Shown here in pieces: positions 28,095 to 36,605 of a stretch of 64,000 nt of DNA. Under the pieces are notes generated by a model, which worked only from the letters and a program-made list of their open reading frames with translations, did not search any database and had not been told where the DNA came from. Numbering within the stretch: the stretch's first letter is position 1; the number at the start of each line of letters is the position of its first letter. The stretch is from an uncultured bacterium (lineage in GTDB: Bacteria > Krumholzibacteriota > Krumholzibacteriia > Krumholzibacteriales > Krumholzibacteriaceae), in the NCBI GenBank assembly GCA_963786935.1, contig CAWBAN010000004.1, positions 160,001-224,000 of the forward strand. The letters are read 5' to 3'. The position numbers were made by a program, and so were the translations under genes.

Positions 28095-31000
28095 ATGAGA
28101 AAGACCGTGCTTTTTTCGCTCGTGATCGCGTGCGCGCTCCTCGTCTCGCTCGCGCACGAGACCGTCTCGAGCGAAGGCAACGAGCCGATACGGCTCATGC
28201 GCCGCCCCGACATCAATGGCGGACGCATCGTATTCACGTGGGCGGGAGACCTTTGGATAGTAAGCGAGGAAGGCGGTATCGCGCGGCGCATCACCGTGCA
28301 CGAGGGTAACGAGAATAACGCGAAATTCTCTCCCGACGGGAAGTGGATCGCGTTTTCGGGAGACATCAACGCCCGCCCGGGCAGCGTCTGCGTGATTCCC
28401 GCCGAGGGAACGGGCGAGCCGGCGCAGCTCACCTTCCATGCCGCGGGAGGCAGCCCCGTCTGCTGGACGCGCGACGGGAAGAGCGTCATCTACTCCTCCA
28501 CGCAGGAATCGTTCGTTCGCTTCTTCAAGAAGCTCTTCACCGTGCCGGCGGCGGGCGGGCTCCCCGTCGAGCTCCCGATCGGCAAGGGGAGCTTCGCGTG
28601 CTATTCCCCGGACGGTTCGAAGCTCGCCTTCAACCGCAGCTCCGATTCGTTCTGGTGGTGGAAGCGCTATAAGGGGAGCGCGAATCAGGACGTCTGGATC
28701 TACGATTTCAAGGCGGACACCTTCACGAAGCTCACGACCTGGGAAGGGAACGACGCCTGGCCGATGTGGACGGGCGACCGCATCTATTTCGCCTCCGACC
28801 GCGCGGGCGACGTGAACAACATCTACTACTACGATCTCGTCACGAAAGAAACGAAGCAGCTCACGAAATTCGAGAAGCACGGGGTCACGTGGCCCTCGAT
28901 GAGCGCGGACGGCGCGCGGATCGTCTTCGAACGCGACGCGCGTCTCTACGTTCTCGACACGGCGACCGGCGAGAGCCGCGAGGTCGTCGTGAGCGCGCCG
29001 ATCGATACGCGGACCGACATGGTGAGCTATCTGAGCCCGATCCAGTACCTCAGCGGTTTCGACGTTTCGCCGTCGGCCAAGAGGATCGTCTTCGAGGCCC
29101 GGGGCGATCTCTATACGATCCCCGAGGAGCACGGCGACGTTCGGAACCTCACCGAGTCATCGGGCACGCGCGACGGGGATCCCTCGTGGTCTCCGGACGG
29201 CAAATGGATCGCGTACGTCTCGGACAAGAGCGGGGACGACGAGGTCTATCTCGTCGACCAGATGGGGAAGGAACCGGAGAAGAAGCTCACCTCGACCGGA
29301 CATTTCAAGTCCGGGCTCACCTGGTCTCCCCTGAGCGACAAAATGGCTTTCACGACCGAGGAGAACGCGCTCTATCTTCTGAATAAGGACGGCGGCGATC
29401 CCAAGCTCATCGCCAAGAACGAGCACCGCGAGATCACCAGCTATTCGTGGGCGCCGGACGGCGCCTGGATCGCGTACGATTTCTCGGCGCGCAACCGCAA
29501 CCGCGACGTCTTCATCTATAACGTGAAGTCGGGAGAAAACCACCAGATCACGATCGACCTCGGCGACGATTGGGAGCCGGTCTTCACGCCGGACGGGAAG
29601 TACCTCCTCCTCATGACGGCGCGCATCAACGATTCGCCGGCGCTCGCCCGCCTGAGCCTGCTCCCTGAGAGCGAGGCGCCGTTCGAGTTCAAGGACGACG
29701 AAGAGACGGGCGTGACGGCGGAAGAGGATTCCGGCGACGAAGAGGACGCCGACAAGGAAGACGCCGGTGAGGACGAGGGAGGCAAAGGGAAAGGCAAGAA
29801 GGGAAAAGAGGAGGCGAAGAAGGACAAGGAAAAGGTCGTCGTCAAGATCGACTTCACGAATATCGAGAGCCGGATCCGGCGCATTCCGAAGGTCGCCGGC
29901 ATCGGCATGCACAACATCCAGGCGACGGAGAAGTATTACTACTATCTCGTTCAAGGCGCTCGGATGATGCTGTTCAGGCCCAGCTACGACCTCTACATGT
30001 TCAAAGTGGACAAGGTGAAGAGCGAGAAGATCGCCTCGTCCATCGTCACCTACGGCATCGCCGCGAACAAGGAAAAGCTCGTGATCTGGGACGGCTCCGA
30101 TTTCACGTTCGTGAAGGTCGGGAGCAAGATGCCGGTGGCCAAGAAGGGCGATTCCGACGTCGAAGACACGAAGGAGAAGTACGACTTCGCGAAGCGCACC
30201 CGCATGAAGCTCGACCGTCAGGCCGAATGGCGGCAGATCTTCAACGAGTCGTGGCGCATGGTGAAATACAACTTCTACGATCCGAAGCTCCACGGCGTCG
30301 ACTGGAACGGGGTCAAGGAATACTACGGGAGCCTGCTCCCGTACGTGCGGACGAGAGGCGAGCTCAACATACTCCTCAACGAGATGGTCGGCGAGCTCAA
30401 CGCGTCGCACCAGGGGGCGAGCGGCGGCGACGAGGTCGCGCCTCCCGCGGCATCGATGGCGCATCTCGGCGCCAAGATCGAGCTCGACGAGCGGACCGGT
30501 TATCCGCGCATCGTCAGGATCTACCACGGGGATAAGGCCGCGGCGACGACGACCGATCGGTCGCCTCTCGAGAACGACTACGTGAAGGTGAAAGAGGGGG
30601 ATTACCTCCTCGCGATCGACGGGAACGAGCTCAAGCCCTTCGAGAATTTCTACCAGTACCTCGTCGATAAGACGGCGAACAAGATCACGATCAAGACGAG
30701 CTCGAAGCCCGAGGTGAAGGGCGCCGTCGAAACGACCTTCATGCCGCTGTTCTACGACACGAAGCTTCAGTACAACGACTGGGCATGGCGCAACGAGAAG
30801 TTCGTCGACGAGAAGAGCGGCGGACGGATCGGCTACATGCATCTCGCCGACATGGAGACCGCCGGCCTGGGCGAGTTCCGCGAGAAATTCGAGAAGTACC
30901 GCTACAAGGACGCGATCATCATCGACGTCCGGTACAACGGCGGCGGGAGCATCGACGAGCGGATCATCGACTATCTCGAACGCAGGCCCTACCACATCGA

Positions 31001-31418
31001 GCAGACGCGCAACCAGTCTCCGGAGCCGCGTCCGACCGAAGTGTTCATGGGGGACATCGTCGTGCTCATCAACCAGTATTCGTACTCCGACGCCGAGGTG
31101 TTCCCGAGCGCCGTCAAGGAGCGCGGTCTCGGCACCCTCATCGGCGTGCCGACCCTCGGATTCGTGATCGCCGTGGAGGGGCACCCGCTCGTCGACGGCG
31201 GCCAGATACGGAAGACGTTTATCGGAATCTGGGAGATCAGCACGGGCAAGCAGCTCGAAAGCAGAGGCGCCATTCCCGATATCTACGTCGACAGTCCGCC
31301 CGACATGGAGAAGGCCGGGAGGGACATGCAGCTCGAGAAGGCGATCGAGTTCCTCGCCGACAAGATCGCGAAGAAGGGTAAGGTCTTCGACTACACGCCG
31401 CAGATCGACAAGCGCTAG
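28095..31418 (+). CDS. Tricorn protease homolog (peptidase S41)
   Basis: PD40/WD40 repeats (FSPDGKWIAF), ELNASHQG His, PDZ, DVRYNGGG and SYSDAE Ser motifs; start trimmed to ATG 28095. Confidence 0.93.
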   Translation: MRKTVLFSLVIACALLVSLAHETVSSEGNEPIRLMRRPDINGGRIVFTWAGDLWIVSEEGGIARRITVHEGNENNAKFSPDGKWIAFSGDINARPGSVCVIPAEGTGEPAQLTFHAAGGSPVCWTRDGKSVIYSSTQESFVRFFKKLFTVPAAGGLPVELPIGKGSFACYSPDGSKLAFNRSSDSFWWWKRYKGSANQDVWIYDFKADTFTKLTTWEGNDAWPMWTGDRIYFASDRAGDVNNIYYYDLVTKETKQLTKFEKHGVTWPSMSADGARIVFERDARLYVLDTATGESREVVVSAPIDTRTDMVSYLSPIQYLSGFDVSPSAKRIVFEARGDLYTIPEEHGDVRNLTESSGTRDGDPSWSPDGKWIAYVSDKSGDDEVYLVDQMGKEPEKKLTSTGHFKSGLTWSPLSDKMAFTTEENALYLLNKDGGDPKLIAKNEHREITSYSWAPDGAWIAYDFSARNRNRDVFIYNVKSGENHQITIDLGDDWEPVFTPDGKYLLLMTARINDSPALARLSLLPESEAPFEFKDDEETGVTAEEDSGDEEDADKEDAGEDEGGKGKGKKGKEEAKKDKEKVVVKIDFTNIESRIRRIPKVAGIGMHNIQATEKYYYYLVQGARMMLFRPSYDLYMFKVDKVKSEKIASSIVTYGIAANKEKLVIWDGSDFTFVKVGSKMPVAKKGDSDVEDTKEKYDFAKRTRMKLDRQAEWRQIFNESWRMVKYNFYDPKLHGVDWNGVKEYYGSLLPYVRTRGELNILLNEMVGELNASHQGASGGDEVAPPAASMAHLGAKIELDERTGYPRIVRIYHGDKAAATTTDRSPLENDYVKVKEGDYLLAIDGNELKPFENFYQYLVDKTANKITIKTSSKPEVKGAVETTFMPLFYDTKLQYNDWAWRNEKFVDEKSGGRIGYMHLADMETAGLGEFREKFEKYRYKDAIIIDVRYNGGGSIDERIIDYLERRPYHIEQTRNQSPEPRPTEVFMGDIVVLINQYSYSDAEVFPSAVKERGLGTLIGVPTLGFVIAVEGHPLVDGGQIRKTFIGIWEISTGKQLESRGAIPDIYVDSPPDMEKAGRDMQLEKAIEFLADKIAKKGKVFDYTPQIDKR

Positions 31419-31440
31419 CGGGCGCACGCGCCGCGAATGC

Positions 31441-31474
31441 GAAGAGGGCCGGAGCAAGTGCTCCGGCCCTCTTC
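31441..31474. terminator. Hairpin terminator between convergent genes
   Basis: 15-16-bp perfect stem GAAGAGGGCCGGAGC/GCTCCGGCCCTCTTC. Confidence 0.7.
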
Positions 31475-31489
31475 CGTTGCATGTATGAA

Positions 31490-31559
31490 GGCGCATACAC
31501 TATCGCTCCGAACTCAGTCGCAGAGCCTCCAATGAGTTCGTCGCGATAGTGTATGCGCC
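31490..31559 (+). repeat. 70-nt structured palindromic element, copy A
   Basis: 17-bp perfect outer stem, TCC/GTC internal loop, 7-bp inner stem, loop GTCGCAGAGCCTCCAA. Confidence 0.85.
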
Positions 31560-31578
31560 AGTTGTATGCCCCGATACC

Positions 31579-31647
31579 GGTGCCGACATTCCCGCGACGA
31601 GCCCATTGGAGCCCTGCGACTGGGCTAGGAGCGGGAATGTCGGCACC
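31579..31647 (-). repeat. 69-nt structured palindromic element, copy B (inverted)
   Basis: Reverse complement aligns to copy A with the same loops and compensated stems. Confidence 0.85.
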
Positions 31648-31672
31648 ATTGCCTTCGCGCGCTGTCGGAACG

Positions 31673-34090
31673 CTACTTCCCGCGGCGCGGCTTTTTGCGG
31701 GCCGGCGCCGGGGCTTGCGTCTTCCTCGCCATCATCCGCGCGTAGTCCTTCACGGCCTTCCACTGTCCCTCGCCGTGGAGCCCCGCCTCCTCGAGCACCT
31801 TGTGGGCCTGGCCGCTGCCGAGGAAGCGCCCCTTCGTGAAAGCGTGGAGCGTGCGCTTGCGCCCTTCCTTCGACGTGATCCAGCGGTACATCGTCGGGAG
31901 CGTGAAGCCCGTGATTCCCATCGCCTCGGCAGCGAGAGCCGCGGGGAATATCCGCTCCTGCTCGGCCGCGGGGAGCCGCGAGAAGAGCTCGGCGCTCGAC
32001 ACGTAGTAGATGTTCACGTTGAGACCCGCCTCGTCGATCTTCGGCAGGACCTCGGTCATGAAGGTGCATGCGACGCCGCTCTCTTGAAGGACAATCGTGC
32101 CGTGGGAGGGCTTCTTCGCCGACTTGACGGCCTTCCGGAGGGCGTAGACGCCTTTCACCGCCGCCGTCGCGGGGGGCACCCGGAGCTTCTTCCGGTCCAG
32201 CACGGGCTCGTTCGGCCGCGTGACGAAGGGAGCGATGACCGCCGGACGCGCCTTGATCGCCTCGACCGTGAGCGGGTAGAGCTCCTGCGGATCCCACGGC
32301 GTCAGCGTGATCGCGATGCCGTCGGGGAAGTTCTCCTGCAAGAGCTGGAGCGGCTGCGGATCGGCGTGCGTCGGCCCGTCCTCGCCCGTCTTGAGCCCCG
32401 CGTGGCCGCAGACGATGATGAAGGGATTATACGGCGCGCCGGTGAGATCGTGCCGCGCCTGCTGGCCGATGCCGTGCAGCCGCGCCGCGATGTGCTCGAG
32501 CGCGGCGATGAACGCACCGTATGACGAGCCCGCGCCGACGTTCGTGCCGTACGAAGCCACGCCAGCCATGAAGCCGCCCATCGCGTCCTCGCAGATGCCG
32601 CCGCAGGCGATGAGGCGCGCGTTCGGATTCGTGATCGCGTTATAGAGCCCCTCGGGAAATCCGTTCGCGAGATTGGTGATGCTCGTCGATCCGAGGAGAT
32701 CGGCCGCGGCGCCGATGAATCCGCCGCCGGAGAGCTTGTTGAGATGGTTCAGGGCGTCGCCGAGCGCGCCGCGCAGGGTCACCTCCGCGCCGATCTGGTA
32801 GGTGCACGCCGGCGGGATCTCGTTCGATTTCACCGCGGCCGAGTACACGGCCGCGAGGTTCGGGCAGCCCGGGCGCTTCACGCGGTTCGCGGCCTTGAGC
32901 CGGCCCTTCGCCTCTTCGAGACGTCCCGCGAAGTACTCGCAGAGCTCGCGGTTTCCCTCAAGCGCCTTGCGCACGACCATGAGGGTGTCCCAGAAGTTCT
33001 GCTCGACGGCGACCGGCGCCGGCTTTCCCTCGAACTTCGGGAAGGTCACGCCGAAGCGCTTCTCGAACGGCTCGAGCGTCTTGTAGTACTCGGGGGAGCA
33101 GAACTTGTGCCCCGCGCCGTGCGATTTGCGCCCCTCGATGCCGTACTGCCAGCCTTTCGTCGTGCGGTACACGATCGCGGTCGGCTGGTCGTTGATGCGC
33201 TCCTTCGCCACCTCGCACGCGGCGAGCACGTGCTTGAAGTCGTGCCCCTTCTCGACGAAGATGACGTTCCAGTCGTGGAGGAACGCGAACTCGATCGGAT
33301 CCCACTGAACGTAGTCGCCGGGCTTGTCGCCGTCGCGACAGACCCTGTTCGAGTCGATCGAGGCCTGATTCCAGTCGATGTGGAACTTGATGTTCCAGAG
33401 TTGCGCGGCGGAGACGGTCGCGAACGCCTCGGCGACGCGTCCCGGCGTCATGCCGCCCTCGCCCTCGGTGATCTGGACGAGGGGAGCGCGCTCGCCGTAC
33501 GTGTCCATCGCGCCGAAAGCGAGGCCGAAGCTCGAGCCCACGCCGACGCCCGAGGCGCCCGTCGAGAGCTTGATGAACGGCGTCGCCGGCGTCGGATGCC
33601 CGTCGAGCGGCTTGGCGCGGTACTTCGCGAAGAGCGGCGTCTCCTGCGTCGGGTTGCGCCTGAATCCGAGGAGATCCTCGAAGCGCAGCTGGAACTTCAC
33701 GTCCTTCGGCAGCAGGCTCGACTTGCCGATCCGCGCGACCTCGTTGCGGAGCGCCCACATCGCGTAGAGCCCCATCGCCTTGTGCCCCGCGGCGTAGGAC
33801 ATGAGGTCCGCCTCCGGACACTCCGGATCGCCGATGTCATAATCGAGCGTGTGGAACAGGATGCCCGCGACGTGGCGCCCCGACGAGATGCTCCCGCCGG
33901 GATGCCCCGACGTCGGCACGAAGTTGTAGAGAATGCCGCAGAGGGTGCGATAGACGAGATCGTAGTCCTCGAACGCCTTCAGGGTCCGTTCGGGGAATTC
34001 GAACTTGTCGATGGCCGTGCCGATGTCGATATACACGCCGCGGCGCGGCCCGAACTCGAGTTTCTGCATCGTGACCTTTTCCTTCGCCAT
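31673..34090 (-). CDS. Transketolase-like TPP-dependent enzyme
   Basis: SGHPGG, AAGHKA, LDGHP, STGASGVG, GICED, GLKTGEDGPTHA motifs; start ATG 34090 after GAGGAG. Confidence 0.8.
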   Translation of the reverse strand: MAKEKVTMQKLEFGPRRGVYIDIGTAIDKFEFPERTLKAFEDYDLVYRTLCGILYNFVPTSGHPGGSISSGRHVAGILFHTLDYDIGDPECPEADLMSYAAGHKAMGLYAMWALRNEVARIGKSSLLPKDVKFQLRFEDLLGFRRNPTQETPLFAKYRAKPLDGHPTPATPFIKLSTGASGVGVGSSFGLAFGAMDTYGERAPLVQITEGEGGMTPGRVAEAFATVSAAQLWNIKFHIDWNQASIDSNRVCRDGDKPGDYVQWDPIEFAFLHDWNVIFVEKGHDFKHVLAACEVAKERINDQPTAIVYRTTKGWQYGIEGRKSHGAGHKFCSPEYYKTLEPFEKRFGVTFPKFEGKPAPVAVEQNFWDTLMVVRKALEGNRELCEYFAGRLEEAKGRLKAANRVKRPGCPNLAAVYSAAVKSNEIPPACTYQIGAEVTLRGALGDALNHLNKLSGGGFIGAAADLLGSTSITNLANGFPEGLYNAITNPNARLIACGGICEDAMGGFMAGVASYGTNVGAGSSYGAFIAALEHIAARLHGIGQQARHDLTGAPYNPFIIVCGHAGLKTGEDGPTHADPQPLQLLQENFPDGIAITLTPWDPQELYPLTVEAIKARPAVIAPFVTRPNEPVLDRKKLRVPPATAAVKGVYALRKAVKSAKKPSHGTIVLQESGVACTFMTEVLPKIDEAGLNVNIYYVSSAELFSRLPAAEQERIFPAALAAEAMGITGFTLPTMYRWITSKEGRKRTLHAFTKGRFLGSGQAHKVLEEAGLHGEGQWKAVKDYARMMARKTQAPAPARKKPRRGK

Positions 34091-34159
34091 GCTCTGCGCT
34101 CCTCCTCGCTCCGAAGACGAAAGTGACACCTTGTTGAATTCCAAAATAATGCAAGGATT

Positions 34160-34188
34160 AGCTTATAGGAAAAAAGAATGCCTGTCAA
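34160..34188 (-). promoter_or_regulatory. Putative sigma70 promoter for the transketolase-like gene
   Basis: TTGACA-17 nt-TAAGCT on the minus strand. Confidence 0.5.
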
Positions 34189-34205
34189 CGGCGAACGGAT
34201 TCCCC

Positions 34206-34243
34206 TCAGGAAGAGGCGGTCCCCGGGGATCGCCTCCTCCTGA
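34206..34243 (-). terminator. Terminator-like hairpin after the 34270 gene
   Basis: TCAGGAAGAGGCGGTCC...GGATCGCCTCCTCCTGA imperfect stem. Confidence 0.5.
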
Positions 34244-34269
34244 AGGCCGCAGATTGTCTCAGGGCGGTT

Positions 34270-36585
34270 CTATCTCAAGAGCACCATCTTGAGCGTCCGC
34301 GTGAATTCTCCCGCGTCGAGGCGGTAGAAGTACACGCCGCTCGCCACGGCGCCGCCCCCCGAATCCCTGCCGTCCCACGTTTCTGCGAACGTCCCCGCCG
34401 GACGCTCCCCCTCGGCGAGCACGCGCACGAGACGTCCCGCCGCGTCATAGATTCTCAGGGAGACGCGCGCCGGCTTCGACAGGCCGAACGCGATCCGGGT
34501 CGATGGATTGAACGGATTCGGAAAATTCTGGACGAGATAGGAAGCGGCGGGAGGGCCGGATCCGTCGGTGCCGGTCACGCCCTCCGGCGAGGCGAGCGCG
34601 ACGGCGCTCTCGTTGCCGTTCACGTCGATCGCCGTAACCTTGTAGAAATACCCCGCGTTCCAGCGCCAGCCGCCGTCGAAGAACGACGCTTCCGTGGGCG
34701 AGCCCACGATATTCTCCGCGGCCGTGATGAAACCGGCGCTCTCGCCGCGGTACACGGCGTAATGATCGATGTCGGGCTCGCCGTTCGGCGTCCAGGCGAG
34801 GCCGAGCCCGGCCGGTTCGAACGACTGCTCCGCGACGAGGCCCGCCGGAGGCGCGGGCGCGAGGTTGTCGACCGAGTGGCACGTCACGACCGCCGATTCC
34901 CACCAGTACGTCGACATGATCGTGTTGGCCCTGATCTTGAAATAGTGCGTCGCCGAGCCTGCTCCGCTCGAATCGGCCGTCGTCGCCGCCGCGTACTGGT
35001 AGCTCTCGAGGTAGTATGCGTCGATGCTGTCGAGCGGGGCGTAGGTGGCGCCGTCGGTGCTTCGCCAGACTACGTAACGCGTGACGAGCTCTTCGGGATA
35101 CGCATCGAGATACGATGCGTCCCATGTGAGGAGCACGACTCCTCCCTGGTCGCCGGGAACGTCCGCGCCCGCCGGGTTCAGCGGCGCCGGATATCCCCAG
35201 TATCCGCGCTTCTCCATGCGCTGGGCGTAGACGTCCCAGTTCGTCACGTCGTACGCGCGCTGGTCGTTCCAGGCCATGATCGCGCCCGCGTCGCCGTCCG
35301 ACGCGATCGAGATGGTGGATTGATTCGAGATGGCGTCGCAGACCGTCTCTCCCTGCATGAGCCACTGCGGCGCGCCGGCGCTGTTGATCCTCTGTGCGCG
35401 TATGTCGTAGGAGTTGCCGAGCAGCTGGTCCTGCCACGCGATGATGGCGCCGCCCGCGCCATCGGCGACGATGCGCGGCCGCGTTTGGCTCCCCGCGGGA
35501 TCGGATACCGAGAGACCGTTCGCGGTCCATTGGGCGACGCCCGACGAGTTGAACCGCTGCGCGTAGATGTCCGTGTACGGCGGGGTCGTCCGCCCGTCGG
35601 CCCATGTGAAGATCGCGCCGCCCGCGCCGTCCTCCGCGACGTCGGGATAGGTCTGATCTTCGGACGCGGAGCAGACGGAAACTCCCGCGCTCGCCCAGGC
35701 CCTGGTCCCGGCGCTCAGCATGCGCTGCGCCCAGACGTTGTTGTCGGTGCCGTTTCGCATGTCGTACCACACGACGTACGCGCCCCCCGCGCCGTCCGTG
35801 ACGAGCTTCGGCAGGTACATCCACGTGTTGGTGCCGCAGAGGCGATAGCCGTTGGCGGTCCATTGGACCGTTCCGGACGAGTTGATCTTCTGGACGTAGA
35901 GGGGAAGAATGGACGTGTCGCGGTTGTCTTCCCACACGAAGATGGCGCCGCCCGAGCCGTCCTTGATCATCTCCATCTCGCCCCGATCGTTCGCCGCGTC
36001 GCAGATCACGACGCCGCTCGCGGTCCAGGAGAGATTTCCGAAGGAGTTGACGCGCTGCGCGAAGATGTGGGGATCCCCGTCCCGCTCGTCGATCCATCCG
36101 ATGATCGCGCTCGCCGAGCTGCCCGCCACGATGAGCGCCTCGCCCGGGGCGACGGTCGACTCGTAGACGAGGACGCCGTTATGTCCGAACAGGAGCTCGC
36201 CGCTCCGATTCACCCGCTGAGCGCGGATGCTCATGCCGTCGATGTAGGTGACGAACGCGCTTCCGGCCGTGTCGAGGCAGATGCGGGGCCATTTCTGCAG
36301 TGACGTTCCCTCGGCGACGACGATGCCTCCCTCAGTCCAGAGGGGCTCGCCCCTCGAGTCGATGCGCTGCATGTAGATGTCGCCGCTGTTGGCCGGGTTG
36401 CGGGAATCCGTCCATACGATGTAGGCGCCGCCGAGGCCGTCGCTCGCCAGCTGCGCTCCGGTCTGCGAGTACGGGAGAGCCGCTATCGGAACTCCGTCGG
36501 GGAGCCACTGCGCGCGGCCCGCCGACGGCAGCCCGAGCGAGACGACGAGCGCGAGAATCGCGACCGGCTTGAATATCGTCCTCAT
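34270..36585 (-). CDS. Secreted 8-repeat (DGAGGA/DIYAQR) propeller-like protein with FN3-like module and T9SS-type CTD
   Basis: Start ATG 36585 after GAGGAGG; ~55-aa repeats; SVDNLAP module; CTD QNFPNPFNP...KMVLLR. Confidence 0.88.
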   Translation of the reverse strand: MRTIFKPVAILALVVSLGLPSAGRAQWLPDGVPIAALPYSQTGAQLASDGLGGAYIVWTDSRNPANSGDIYMQRIDSRGEPLWTEGGIVVAEGTSLQKWPRICLDTAGSAFVTYIDGMSIRAQRVNRSGELLFGHNGVLVYESTVAPGEALIVAGSSASAIIGWIDERDGDPHIFAQRVNSFGNLSWTASGVVICDAANDRGEMEMIKDGSGGAIFVWEDNRDTSILPLYVQKINSSGTVQWTANGYRLCGTNTWMYLPKLVTDGAGGAYVVWYDMRNGTDNNVWAQRMLSAGTRAWASAGVSVCSASEDQTYPDVAEDGAGGAIFTWADGRTTPPYTDIYAQRFNSSGVAQWTANGLSVSDPAGSQTRPRIVADGAGGAIIAWQDQLLGNSYDIRAQRINSAGAPQWLMQGETVCDAISNQSTISIASDGDAGAIMAWNDQRAYDVTNWDVYAQRMEKRGYWGYPAPLNPAGADVPGDQGGVVLLTWDASYLDAYPEELVTRYVVWRSTDGATYAPLDSIDAYYLESYQYAAATTADSSGAGSATHYFKIRANTIMSTYWWESAVVTCHSVDNLAPAPPAGLVAEQSFEPAGLGLAWTPNGEPDIDHYAVYRGESAGFITAAENIVGSPTEASFFDGGWRWNAGYFYKVTAIDVNGNESAVALASPEGVTGTDGSGPPAASYLVQNFPNPFNPSTRIAFGLSKPARVSLRIYDAAGRLVRVLAEGERPAGTFAETWDGRDSGGGAVASGVYFYRLDAGEFTRTLKMVLLR

Positions 36586-36605
36586 GTCGATTCCTCCTCT
36601 TTCCC

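Noticed and set aside
29690..29835. Acidic/Lys-rich low-complexity stretch in tricorn protease
   Set aside because: Disordered linker commonly seen in bacterial tricorn homologs
31490..31647. Integron attC sites
   Set aside because: No RYYYAAC/GTTRRRY core ends, copies are inverted rather than direct, and there is no integrase or cassette array
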